Shown: piece after piece, positions 1 to 11,084 of the stretch
How the letters are laid out: each line of letters starts with the position of its first letter
Position numbering within the stretch: position 1 is the stretch's first letter
Assembly (NCBI RefSeq): GCF_000485595.1
Contig: NW_014577073.1
Coordinates: 82,552-116,519 of the forward strand
From: Priapulus caudatus
Taxonomy: Eukaryota
Direction: 5' to 3'
Length of the DNA: 33,968 bases
Notes under the pieces: model-generated
What the model was told of the DNA's origin: nothing
Database searches by the model: none
What the model saw: the letters and a program-made list of their open reading frames with translations, nothing else
Translations under genes and position numbers: made by a program

Positions 1-199
1 AAAAACATTATATATGTTGAAAAACAAGCACCTGTGCCCTCTAGCCCGGACTATTTCCAGTTTTGCCAAACAGTGGACGTGGCTCGAAAGTAGGTCGACT
101 GGCGTGCTCCAAAATAGGACGTTCAAACCTCTACATAGGAGTAACAACTATATGCAATTTGAAACATGTGGGTCACTGTTCTCGAGTTATCGTTGACTG

Positions 200-288
200 T
201 AGCCAAATGTTGACGGGCGGACGGACAGACGACGGACGACACCCCATGGCAATAGCTCATCTTGACGATGTCAAGGCAAGCTAAAAAG
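200..288. mobile_element. End of a Helentron/HINE (DINE-1/pearl-like) non-autonomous element
   Basis: A (GACG/GACA)-type microsatellite (gacgggcggacggacagacgacggacgac) is followed by a stem-loop AGCT..CTTGAC-gat-GTCAAG..AGCT and an A-run. This layout is typical of HINE-type elements in invertebrates. The family call is an inference. Confidence 0.45.
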
Positions 289-471
289 CAGTAACCATGC
301 ACTTAAATACACTTTTACCTATAATCATAGAAATATATTCATTTTATTTACTATCACAAGTGAATAAACAGGTAACTACTTGGCACACACGTGCTTCACT
401 ATGATGAAACATTGAATTTGCGCTCAATTCATTGGAATGGACGTTGGCAATGACAAAATTTATATATCAAC

Positions 472-617
472 CTCTCTCAAGAGCACAGTGCAGGATCCAA
501 CAACGTTCGTCCGGTTCACATATATGCCGAGTTAAAACCTCCGAAGCCGTACAGGCAGACAGGTAGGTGTCATTTGCTATACAATGGTGACCGCTTCTTG
601 GCTCAGGAATGTCTTGC
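472..617 (-). pseudogene. KLHDC10: Frameshifted exon of a kelch domain-containing protein 10-like gene (first kelch repeat)
   Basis: Acceptor tag|G at 617 and donor GAG|gttgat at 472. It reads QDIPEPRSGHHCIANDTYL, then (+8 nt) YGFGGFNSA, then (+2 nt) YVNRTNVVGSCTVLLRE. This resembles recalled KLHDC10 'PPARSGHRCVADNTNLYVFGGYN...PLFRE'. Removing the 10 inserted nt leaves 136 nt (1 + 45 codons) in one frame. Confidence 0.7.
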
Positions 618-1530
618 CTAGATGGACAGACAATGGTTTCAGTGATGTAGCAAATCGCATAATTGTGCGCTAATTTATCTATAATATTTATATAATTAGA
701 ATTATACTTGTACATTACGTAATTACTGTTAATATATTGTCTCGACGGCTGTCACTCGTCATCCAAATTCTATTCGTCCATATTTGTAAGACGTAATGGT
801 AAAGCAAGGAGTGTTCTGCTTGGTGGTAACGTATGCATCACTGCTAACTTATGATCAACTGATAGTATCTTTAAATGTTGCGAGGTTGATTTCTTGACAT
901 GTGATGGTGTACAATTTAGTTTGCGCTGGTTTAAATTTATCTCGTACTTAAGACAGTCGCGTGATTGAGCGTATTTATTTTGGAATACATCTGTACATGG
1001 GATCAATTTCGTGGAGGAAGGAATTCAAGTTAGTACTACACCACCAAAGAACGGCATACCATAATAACTATGATTATGAACATTTTCATTGCACAGTACA
1101 GTAGGCCTATCAGGAGGACACAAATTTGTTATTATTTACTCCTGATAGTATATAGCACTGGTTAGATCGGAATTCTTGTTCCCGGTACAATTTTATTGGT
1201 GTACGACCTTTAAATTTAAGAAATTACCTTTGCCTTCGCAATCATTTCGAGAAACTTGAAAGAATTTCCCTAGTCCCTAGTGATAGTGCCCACTTTAACT
1301 TATCCACGGTTATCTTTGTGTTCACTCTAAACACTGACACACTACGCTAATATATGTACCAAAGTTGAACTATATATTATACTAGACCATGTGAGGCTAT
1401 TTCCTTTGTAATCAGTCATATGCTCAGCGGTTATCGTTTTATTATGTTATCTATGTAGTATGTGCTTTATACCTTGCTTTATACTTAGCAGATACTTTTA
1501 TAAGCGAATGGTGGCTTGTTGTCAATGCAT

Positions 1531-1544
1531 GCGCCATCTAGCGG
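1531..1544 (-). promoter_or_regulatory. CTCF-like core motif between the KLHDC10-like exon and the RWDD3 start
   Basis: GCGCCATCTAGCGG (reverse complement CCGCTAGATGGCGC) closely matches the bilaterian CTCF core consensus and lies 88 bp upstream of the RWDD3 ATG. Confidence 0.55.
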
Positions 1545-1631
1545 AAAAACAAAATTGACAATATGGAAGCCCCCATGAAAATATATATAGTACACAAATA
1601 GAAGAGGATGTAATTAGCCTGTTTGGCGATT

Positions 1632-1704
1632 ATGGACGATGAAATACAGGCCATCCAGGCTATATTCTGTGGACCTGGAGAATTCACGGAAGTACAATGC
1701 AATG
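1632..1704 (+). CDS. RWDD3: RWDD3/RSUME exon 1
   Basis: ATG at 1632 with an in-frame TAA upstream at 1611. MDDEIQAIQAIFCGPGEFTEVQCN resembles the RWDD3 N-terminus (EELSVLAAIFCRPHEW). Phase-1 donor G|gtatcg. Too short for the ORF track. Confidence 0.85.
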
Positions 1705-1836
1705 GTATCGTATAGGTTTTACTGTTACTGTTAGTGTTACTGTTACTGTTAGAAATAGAAGGCTAATCATAGACGTAATGACTGTCCTCCAACTATACTC
1801 TAGACTATAGTATACTACTACTACTACTACTAGTAC

Positions 1837-1879
1837 CAGGAGTAAGATAATATAGGTATCCTATATTATCTTACTCCTG
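1837..1879. mobile_element. 43-bp palindromic micro-MITE CAGGAG...CTCCTG with 7-bp TSD CTAGTAC
   Basis: 20-bp perfect arms with a TAT loop; CTAGTAC at 1830-1836 and 1880-1886. Confidence 0.75.
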
Positions 1880-2049
1880 CTAGTACTGGTACTAGTACTA
1901 ATAATACTAGGTAATAGTTGTCAAATAGGATTTGGCCGACAGTTATGGGTATAGCTCTAGTACTATAGCCCGCTTACATTAACTGCCGCTGGCTGCCCAG
2001 CGGCAACTGTACGCGGTCTATAGTACTACTACTAGAGCTAAGTTATGGG

Positions 2050-2125
2050 TAGTCACAAGTTCCCATCTCGCTTAACACTACGTGGCACGATGGCCGTGTA
2101 ACAGTCGGAGAGCCTGGTCGGTTTA
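2050..2125. mobile_element. 76-bp non-autonomous element with 9-bp TSD AGTTATGGG (AcademH-like ends)
   Basis: TAG...GGAGAGCCTGGTCGGTTTA flanked by AGTTATGGG (2041-2049, 2126-2134). A closely similar copy lies at 28407-28480. Confidence 0.75.
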
Positions 2126-2258
2126 AGTTATGGGTAACTAGTACTAGTAGTAGTAGTAGATACCCCTTGCCATCTAATAGATGATTAATTATATCTACCC
2201 TAACACTAGTTTACCCACAAAACGTAGATTTAACCTCCACAGCCTATGCTAGTTCCAC

Positions 2259-2529
2259 CCACAGGCACTTGGAGCATCTCAATCAATAAAAATAATGCTA
2301 AATAAACACGAAATGTATTTACTACCAAAGTAAAGTGCCGATAAAACATGCAGCGGCGTGCGTGTGGTGTACGTGTGTGTTGCAGAGGAGCATTTGAACA
2401 GAATTTACAGGAAATTATCGGCAATAATAGGCGAAAGAGCGTAGAGAAACATTAAGACTTTGGTAGTAAATACATTTCGTGTTTATTTAGCATTATTTTT
2501 CTTTATTGAGACACTCCAAGTGCCTGTGG
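2259..2529. mobile_element. Foldback element/MITE with ~73-bp inverted arms
   Basis: 2259-2331 is an imperfect reverse complement of 2457-2529 (CCACAGGCACTTGGAG... / ...CTCCAAGTGCCTGTGG). Confidence 0.7.
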
Positions 2530-2563
2530 TTCGACCCAAGCAGGGTGTGTCGATTTTTTTAAG

Positions 2564-2805
2564 GCAGTGGCTACGGGTACGGTAGCCGTATCTTAATGTC
2601 TCGAGGCTACGGGTACGGGAGTCCATTCGCTTTCATACTTAACGAGACAAAGATGGCGGCGGTGGCGCTAGATTTCGAAATAACGCCTTGGGAAATAAAT
2701 TCACGATTTGAGAGTTTAGATGAGCTAGAACCCTAACCCTAACCCTAATCCTAACGCAAAAAAGGGGCTTGAACGACCGACGGCTACCGTACCTCCAGCC
2801 ACTGC
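2564..2805. mobile_element. MITE with ~26-bp TIRs and an internal (CCCTAA)n tract
   Basis: GCAGTGGCT..GGTACGGTAGCCGT pairs with ACGGCTACCGTACC..AGCCACTGC; four telomere-type hexamers at 2731-2754. Confidence 0.65.
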
Positions 2806-4041
2806 GATATATTTATGTGTCAGTGTGCGCGCAATGGCGGCGGCGTGTGTTTACAGTTGAAACGCTGCAAGTGCCTGTGTGGTTTTAATGTTTTGTTTAA
2901 GCAAAATCACTGCTCAACACGCAGACTGGAAAAATATAGCGAAATGTAGTCTTACCAGTAATAGGAGATATGTTACTAATCACACCAACTTGAAAAATAC
3001 GAAGAACTTAGTTGTTATAATATAAATTGGAATTGAACACATCGCAACAACACCATCGCGCGTAACAAATGGCGATTTCAAAACAAGTGCACCCGATTCG
3101 AACAATAGGACATCTAATTTTGAGTAGTGAACGCGGTGCCGCAAGAAATAGTGGCGGAAATCACGTCAGAATGTCGAGTAACGCAGCTGTTTGTGAAAAA
3201 GATGATAAAGGCTTGAGGAGAAAGAGAGAGGACAAGATACACACACACACACACGCACACACACAGAGAGGGGTGGATTACTTTTTTTAGTGAGGGTGGG
3301 GGGAGAGAAGAGAGGGATTGGGAGAGAGCTATAGCAAACGATGTGCGCGCGTGCGTGCCTGCAAGCGTGCGCGTGCGTCCACATGGGTGTTTGTTGATTT
3401 GTCATGCAAGTGTTTGAAGAACCTTTCACGTGTGAAAGAAACCAACCAAGATCGCTTATTTTCCAATGAAAAAAAACTGTTAAACTGTGTAACTGTTTTA
3501 ATCCCCACATGAACATGCTACAAATATTTCCAAGTTAAAGTTGCTATATACACACGCACCAGCACGCACATATGCACACACGCACATACACGCGTCACAA
3601 TAAACTATATTTGCGTTAATTACCTTTACTGTACATAGACACTTTGTCATATAGAAACCATATAGAATTATTGACCTTGTTGACATAGCTAATGTCGTGT
3701 CATCTGTCGATCATACGATGTAGAAGCGGCATTTGAGCGCGCATGACGTTATCTTGCTATGCAAGTTGTTACAAGCCTCGCAGTTTTCACGTTTTTTCTT
3801 GCTACTTTTCTCAATGTTCCACGCGCCTTGCATTGACTAGTCCCAATGGCTGCGATATTCGTGTCGTACGTAATCTTTTAAACGACACCGTAGCCACCGT
3901 AACCTGCTATCACGTGACATGTTTTAGTTTTAAGGAATAACACGGAAGCAAAGTATATAATATAATAGAAAATAGGCTACGGGTAGACAAGCTCAGCGTG
4001 GACATACTGCTGATCCATAGTTCGACTACCTATAATATTAT

Positions 4042-4086
4042 CAGGAGTAGATAATAGAAGATTATATCTTCTATTATCTACTCCTG
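4042..4086. mobile_element. 45-bp palindromic micro-MITE CAGGAG...CTCCTG with 7-bp TSD ATATTAT
   Basis: Perfect arms with a TAT loop; ATATTAT at 4035-4041 and 4087-4093. Confidence 0.75.
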
Positions 4087-5601
4087 ATATTATGTATGTC
4101 GCTCCTGGTATTGTTGTTGATTGCTTAGCAGATAGCAGCTACTGGTTACACATGCGTACGCATATCTATTAGATATCATATAGCGTAGCCGTAAACTATG
4201 ACAGCTTCATTTAAAGTAGGGTAATCCTGGCCCTTCGCCATAGAGATAACAGAGTAAGTGACTTCGCATTGTAATGATGACATTGCATGTTATATGCCTT
4301 GCAAGAATTGCTACAATGATATAACGGTATATATGTACCGCGTGTCGCACTCTTGTCACGTGAACAAGAGCGCATGTAAACTATTAAACTAGCTCAATAA
4401 CGAAGTTGCGCGGTACAATGTTACGTTACACTAGTTATACTATCAATCGGATCATAGATGAAGAACATGGGATGCCACGTTTCAGATCCCTGATCACACA
4501 CACGACGTTACCGTCAAGATTAATAACAAACATGCGCTAAATCTATTTCATCAAAGGTCGTTCGTAATACAATTATTTAGTAAATCCAAAGGTTATTTAA
4601 CCTAATCAATTCGATCCATTCATTAGAATCATCACGTCGTCTGACGTTTTCAATACACGCAAGATAAAGTACTTCAACGTTTTTACTGGTATTTAGTAAT
4701 ACATTCAAATTAAACCACTCTGACAGGCGCTGGCAACGATATTGCAAGAACCCATATACATAATCATTGATTGATGTCACAACAGTATTATAATAACGTA
4801 ATGTAAATAATAAAATCCAAAAGGGCAATAAAATTGAATGCCAATATGAACGTTCTACTAACCTTTTCACCAACGCACCTCCAACAAAATACACGTGTTG
4901 AATAATCAAATGAAAGAAATAACGTTAGCGTTGAAATATCAGCGTGACAATATTAGAAATAGGCTAGCTTCCTTACACTTCTGTAAGGCTTTACACTTTG
5001 ATATTATTTGTTATCAATTAAGGTTTGTTGCAAACCGTTAGTCTTAGCACTTGCGGGAGTGACGAGTCTCGTAGCAAAAGCTGCAACAACACTGTATACA
5101 TCGTTCATGCGAACTTGCGAGCTTGTGGGGGAATCTTAATTCCCACTACCATCTTCCACACGTGATTGCATTCGTCCCCAATTACCGCGCATGCGCGTGT
5201 GCCATGACATCAGAGCACACGCACTAACAAACAATGATGCTCAATTGTATAGCAGATACGTCTTTTCCTGAGTCATCATGATAGAACCGATTACACGCAC
5301 CATCGTACAAGAGCGCAGTTGCACGTCACCAGTAACATTAACTTACGGTTAGAGTAAACTGGCGAGGGCTACCAACGCCCGCTATATACACACGCACAAC
5401 GCTTTAGGTAGCGCGCACCTAGTACCGGGCGTGATTCCGTACAGCGAGCTACCTCGGTAGGAGCGACAGCCGCCGTGGCTTTCCCACAGCGCAGAATCCG
5501 ATCGGAAGAAAACTCGACAAAACGAGTAGCGAGACTGGGTGACCACGTCTCTTCGCCCGCGCGCGTGCGGCGCATTCCAGAAACCTAGCCGGCGAAGGCA
5601 A

Positions 5602-5837
5602 TCAAACGACCGGACACGGCTCCACCGATTCCTTCTCCGAGTCGACGTCCATCACATCGCTCGCAGCGTCCTCTTTCGGCTCCATCGATGCCTTGCTGTG
5701 TACTGTGTATGGATGCGGCGCTCTCGCATCCCTCCGCATCTGCCTCTTTACGCGGCGTTCTTCCATCATCAGCTGCAGTTGCTCCATTTTCCCTTTCAAG
5801 TGCATATTTTCCTGACGAAGCTTTGCTCTGTCGTCTG
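5602..5837 (-). CDS. MIDN: Midnolin last coding exon: C-terminal proteasome-binding helix/NLS
   Basis: Acceptor tttttcag|CA in phase 1. RQENMHLKGKMEQLQLMMEERRVKRQMRRDARAPHPY matches midnolin EN..TRCKVERLQLLLQQKRLRRKARRDARGPY. TGA at 5604-5602. The four exons sum to 1092 nt in one frame. Confidence 0.92.
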
Positions 5838-6474
5838 CTGAAAAATCGGTGCGTAGGGGAAAAAAATCATTAAGTGGCAAATGCTTTGAGAGTCGAGAGA
5901 AAATAGTTTGAAAGGTCCGACTTCCGCGATGTGTCACGCGATTCTTGGTGGCATGCGGCTGTTGTCCTAACAATTTCAGATCGTTTGCCGTGACTCGCGA
6001 TAATCCAATATAGCACTAGAACACTCTCCCCGACACCATAGTCGTTACGCTCTTTTCACGGCTTCCTTTATCGAACAATCGTTATTTTTCTCGAATGGCC
6101 ACGCACTCCGCGCAACGTCGGCTACAAAGACTTAATTTCCCCTCGGAGTCAGGTCTTTTTCCCCTCCCAATGTAAATACAGTAAATGGCCGGCTGCCAAT
6201 GCATTTTTAAAGGTCAGGTGACTCAGGTGCTTGAAATTCTGAGCCTCTACCGTGATCCGCGTATCGATCTGAGGTGAGGCAACTGGCAAGGGATGAAGAC
6301 ATGGCCTTATGTCGCGGGGCGGGCGGTTAGCATTTAAGCTGCAATGTCACGCGAACCCGACTAACGTTATTTTATGCAGTTCTGCGCCACAAATCCCCTC
6401 TCGGGAAAATGTTCGAGGTCCCTGATACGCGCGACATTTTTCAAAGCTGTCCCCCCCCCACCCCGTCAACTCAC

Positions 6475-6714
6475 TCGCAGCGTTTCTGGAGATGCAGCGC
6501 TCGGCGAATCTGCCAGCCGCCGCTGCCGGCTTGCCGTGCAGCCCCGAGGGACTCATTCTTTGCCTATTCAATTCCTGCGTGAAACCGTGCAGTCGCTGAG
6601 GCTGGACCTTCGCCGTCGGATGCGCTCCCAGCAGGTCGTTGAGAATGTGTATAACGGTGGCGATGCTACGTTTCGGTCTGCCCTTCTTGTCGGTGAGGCT
6701 CGGGTTTAGCGTAC
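6475..6714 (-). CDS. MIDN: Midnolin exon: remainder of Catch2
   Basis: Acceptor gtgcacag|GT in phase 1. GTLNPSLTDKKGRPKRSIATVIHILNDLL matches midnolin GTLHP..[22 protein letters not shown]. Donor A|gtgagt in phase 1; 240 nt. Confidence 0.92.
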
Positions 6715-6803
6715 CTGTGCACATGCAAAAACACGAACCCCTTCAGCAGATGGCACACGCGACTGACCTACAATAACCGCGTGCCGAACGCGAACGGGAT
6801 AAT

Positions 6804-6843
<40 letters not shown>

Positions 6844-7234
6844 TTGCGACAAAGATATGTGCCTGCGCTGTGTACGCATGCAACTGCCGCTCTACTTTGG
6901 AAAGGTCAATCAGGAATATGTAATTATCCTATTATGAGCATCGCTCGTGTCCTCCGCGCGCCGCGCGTGACACGGTGACATTTAGCTAAAATCAACAGCT
7001 AGTTAAGATTCACCGAGCGCGATCACTGACGATGACTTGGGACAACCGTCTCTAGCGCAACCTGCGTAAATAATTAACGACGGCGGAAAATTCGTTTCGA
7101 CTATCGAGTGACGGGATAAAAAGTACATTAACAACGTTTTTTTGCCGTTCAACTTGGGATAGCGTTTGTACAACTCGCAGATCCGCCCGCCTACTCCTCA
7201 TGTGTATACAAAATGCACTATATCTTGACTATAT

Positions 7235-7291
7235 CAGGAGTGTATCAATAGTGATACACTCATTGATCAGGAGTGTATTGATACACTCCTG
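7235..7291. mobile_element. 57-bp micro-MITE CAGGAG...CTCCTG with 7-bp TSD ACTATAT
   Basis: Terminal inverted repeat (TIR) CAGGAGTGTATCAATA / TATTGATACACTCCTG; ACTATAT at 7228-7234 and 7292-7298. Confidence 0.75.
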
Positions 7292-8379
7292 ACTATATGT
7301 ATGTGTTGCCAGCGTGCATTCGTGCGTGCGTGCGTGCGTGCGTTCGAGCGCGCGCTTAAATTTGTTACGAGAGGATTTCGCGAAGAGTATATATTTGCGA
7401 AACCCGGATCACGTGCTCGCATCGTGAAAAAATAAGCCCGTGCTATTTACGGCGACCTATAGCCAATCCAATAACATTCCTGTCTCCGCGTCGATGTTTA
7501 CTTCTACGACAGGTTCGACTCCTCTTTCCGCTAGTGCTGACGAAACACCCCATCGGGAACGGCCGCTTCAGCGAAGCAATTATAACGCGCTGCCGCACAG
7601 CGCACGCGCGCTCGCGCCTCAGCCGGTGGCAGCAGTTCGTAAACTAATCTCTACGTTAATGTCACGCGCTCTTTCGCAACGATACGATCTCTCAGCAGAG
7701 TCTAACGGAGCGATAAACTCGCAGGGGCTTCGGATAAAAGACGGAGCGTAATACATAGGAAAGCGGAAGACGGCCAGGCTGCCGTCGGAAGCATATCACG
7801 AGTTCATTCAACCTTGTTGATGATTAAATAAACAACGCGATGAAACAACAGCGGTCGGCGGACCGCGCATGCGCAGTGCGGGCATCTCCAGCTTCAGCTA
7901 TACATATGCATATCTGAGGACAGCGGATACGATCCGGAATTAATTACATCCATCTATTATTTAATATTGTGAAGGACGGGGTAACGTGCACATACGTCAC
8001 GACTCAATTAAGACTGATGAACAAGGCGATGTGCAGGGTTGATGCAGCCTCGGCGTGCTGTGTTTATGGCGCTCTGCCGTGGTATATAATATTTAACCAG
8101 CCAGAGCAATGAACCGAACCGTAATGTCAATCTTGTGAGTGCAATATATATATGTATAGCTATAATAAGCTCTAAATGTTCTCGGTTGAAGGCAGCTTCG
8201 GTAATTTCTAAATGTCACCACAGAAATAATAGGACTTATTGCTCATGGGACTTTCTCGCATATAGGGGGCGATTGGTGCCTGCCTTGTACAAGCGTGTAC
8301 GTGAAGCGTGTGCTCAAGTCTACAAGGTAGACAGCTATCTTTGTATGTATGTCTGTGTGTCCGTCCTTCGGTCCGTCTG

Positions 8380-8412
<33 letters not shown>

Positions 8413-9315
8413 TCTCTTTCTCTTTCTCTTTCTCTTTCTCTCTCTCTCTTTCTCTCTTTCTCTTTCTCTTNNNNNNNNNNTCCAATTTGTCCATGTCAAT
8501 AAGTAGGCAATCAGACAGGACCTATGTTAACAGTGATTCATGAAGGTGTCCTCTGGACTACACTCTGATGCACTTCTACTTCGCTACCAATACATGTCCA
8601 TGTTGCAATTTAGTAATTTAAAAAAAAAAAATTTTCTTTGTATTTTTGATAATCGATTATTTGTTTTCATAATCGATAATCGAATTTGAGACTATAATCG
8701 ATCGATTTTCGATTATAATCGATCATCGGGACATCACTACACATTGTGTATACCCCAACACTAATTCACCTCCAAACCCTAGCTTACCCTAACCTCAACC
8801 TTCAGCACTCACAAGCTTTAGCCACTGCTGCCTGTAACCTATATATTATCTACAGGTGTAACCTATATTATTTGGGCTGCCAACATTGAGTTAGAGTCGA
8901 GTGAGATTATGCGAGGGAGCAGAGCGACCGAGTGGGTGGAAGGGTGTGGGAGGGGCCCCCCCTCCGACACCAGGGAGCTTTTGCATTTTTCAGCTTGAAA
9001 TTGTGCATTCTGGTGCGTACTTAGGTGAGTTTTTAAACATGCACATGTATGTAATGCAATACACTGTAGTTCTGCTTTTAGATGGATTAGGTACATGTAT
9101 ATATATATTATATATATATGGATGGCTCAAAACAACACATGTATCACTAGAACCTGCTTGGAATTGTATTTATATGCCCTCTACTGTTCGGTCCTTTATT
9201 CTGCTTATAAGGTGAGTCAAATTCAATCTGTATAACAATGACTTATGTTATGATTCTTGCATGGCATATGACATCCCAAAGTAGCTATACACCAGTATTG
9301 GTATTAGAATCAGGT

Positions 9316-9513
9316 TACTGTATACGCTGTATATTTCGCAGTGGTTTAATTTTAGCGAATTTCGCGAACGCGTCCCCGACCGCGAATAATTCATACCGAA
9401 TAATAACGAATATTTCATAATTCACCGACCGCGAAATTAACAACTTGCGAAATTGTCCGTCAAGTCTGAATTCGCGAAAATATCTGTACGCAAAAAATAT
9501 GGCGTATACAGTA
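9316..9513. mobile_element. ~200-bp MITE with TA-bounded TIRs (Tc1/mariner-like)
   Basis: TACTGTATACGC...GCGTATACAGTA ends with internal TTCGCGAA/CGCGAAA repeats. The superfamily is inferred from the TA ends. Confidence 0.65.
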
Positions 9514-9572
9514 TTTGCTCCTTCAGCTGCTTAGGCGAAACTCACATAAAACTGTACTCATTGGTAATTAAG

Positions 9573-9845
9573 GATGGGATCTAGCGTTGCCGAAAGGAGG
9601 TGTTGATCCCCTCCTTGGAGCGTTCATTGTATTCCCGGTAAAATTATCGAGTGGTCGCTGGCAGCTATGGATTCGTGCGCCGGCCTATGCATTCGGCGCA
9701 CGGATCCATAGCTGCCAGCGCTGCATACTGTCGTAGGACGTTCCCGCGGTCGCGTGCGCCTTGCCGTGGAACTGCGCGCAAGATCTGCGCTTATAGCGCT
9801 TGGGATCAACACCTCCTTTCGGCAACGCTTCTCTAGTATCCCATC
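9573..9845. mobile_element. ~270-bp palindromic MITE
   Basis: 28-bp perfect inverted repeat AGCGTTGCCGAAAGGAGGTGTTGATCCC (9583-9610 / 9802-9829), outer GATGGGAT/ATCCCATC, and an internal hairpin GCTGGCAGCTATGGAT / ATCCATAGCTGCCAGC. Confidence 0.75.
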
Positions 9846-9851
9846 TCATCT

Positions 9852-10890
9852 GGATAGCAACTGAGGTGATGATGGTGTAGCATATGCCCTTACTGCCTGC
9901 AAGTAAGATAGTAATGATGCTCTTGTATTATGCTTGAGTTCAGACATGGCTGCCTGTTGTCTTGCTTTCCTGCTATATTCCCAAGGTACACAACACTTGT
10001 GCAGTACCTTATATGGACCTTCCGATAATACATTTAGCAGGGATGCGATCATGCAAACATTTCCATGTGCTTGGGTATTTATCCCAGAGAAAGAAGAAAA
10101 GATATAATATAGATTCACCCCAATTTCCATTGCAAGTAGCATCTGCCCGTGTATACCAATTTTATCCAATTACCTTACCTCACTTATATAATAAATAAAT
10201 AAATAAATAAACGTTCGTGTGTGTGTGCGTGCGTGGGTGCATTATATGGCTGTAAAGATTGTCATTGGTGCAGCGCATATTACTTGACATGAAGTACAAG
10301 TCATTTCGTACAGAAAATTAATGTTATGCACTGAGCAGTGCTGCCACCTATCATAAACGCTGTTTCCCACCACAGACGGCTGGTATGATGTACCGCAACA
10401 GGTTTGAACTAGTGGGCAACCGAATGCGCTAGACCCTCTAGAGTCTCGATAGCGGATAGATATCACATCTGAGAATTGGATTGGTGGATTTCAATCAAGA
10501 TGTAAATTGATTGATTTAATTAAATCACCTCTTAAAAAACATCGACACTAGTGGCCGTAAACGATGTGATTTTGAGAAGGGCTTTACGGCCAATGAGTGG
10601 GGCATCACGGCAAATGGCCGCATGGCCACCGTGTAATTTGAGCACTAACTTACAGATAATGAAAACACCTGAAATGTAACAAAAAACTTTGTGTAAGTGA
10701 TTTGATGATGGCAGTGACAGCTGCCATCATCAAATCACTTACACAAAGTTTTTGTTGATTTTTTGGGTTATGTCTGTGCGTGCGTGCACGCGCCTGCATG
10801 TGTGTATGCGCGTGTTCTAGATAGCAACTCTGGTGATGATGGTGTAGCATATGCCCTCCTTACTGCCTGCAAGTAAGATAGTAATGATGC
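9852..10890 (+). repeat. ~70-bp direct repeat (9852-9920 and 10820-10890)
   Basis: GATAGCAACT..GGTGATGATGGTGTAGCATATGCCC..TTACTGCCTGCAAGTAAGATAGTAATGATGC occurs twice. Confidence 0.85.
10682..10753. repeat. Perfect 33-bp-arm hairpin
   Basis: AAAAACTTTGTGTAAGTGATTTGATGATGGCAG, loop tgacag, then the exact reverse complement. Confidence 0.9.
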
Positions 10891-10941
10891 ATAATTCAGA
10901 GCGTTGTAGTAGTTAATTGTGTACTTCATTGTTTTCAACAG

Positions 10942-11084
10942 AATTCTGTATTCAAGTGAGAGTAGAGGGTCAACCGACTATAGAAGCATTGTTTGCGTTA
11001 CCCAATACCTACCCAACTACACCCGCAGCTGTGACATTGACTTGCCACCAGCCATTATACTGTGTGATTGAACTACAATCAAAG
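10942..11084 (+). CDS. RWDD3: RWDD3 exon 2 (RWD domain, YP motif)
   Basis: Acceptor ttttcaacag| in phase 1, matching exon 1 (G|AA = E). Reads FCIQVRVEGQPTIEALFALPNTYPTTPAAVTLTC with the RWD LPxxYPxxP motif. Ends at AAG|gcaagg, a phase-0 GC donor. Confidence 0.85.

Noticed and set aside
467..715. 82-aa ORF as a standalone gene
   Set aside because: Only part of it is in the kelch frame; it is better explained as a frameshifted spliced exon.
770..1006. 78-aa - strand ORF as a further KLHDC10 exon
   Set aside because: No kelch or other recognisable motif and no convincing splice sites.
6374..6709. 111-aa + strand ORF, and the + ORFs at 5539-5873
   Set aside because: Antisense to midnolin exons, with no recognisable homology.
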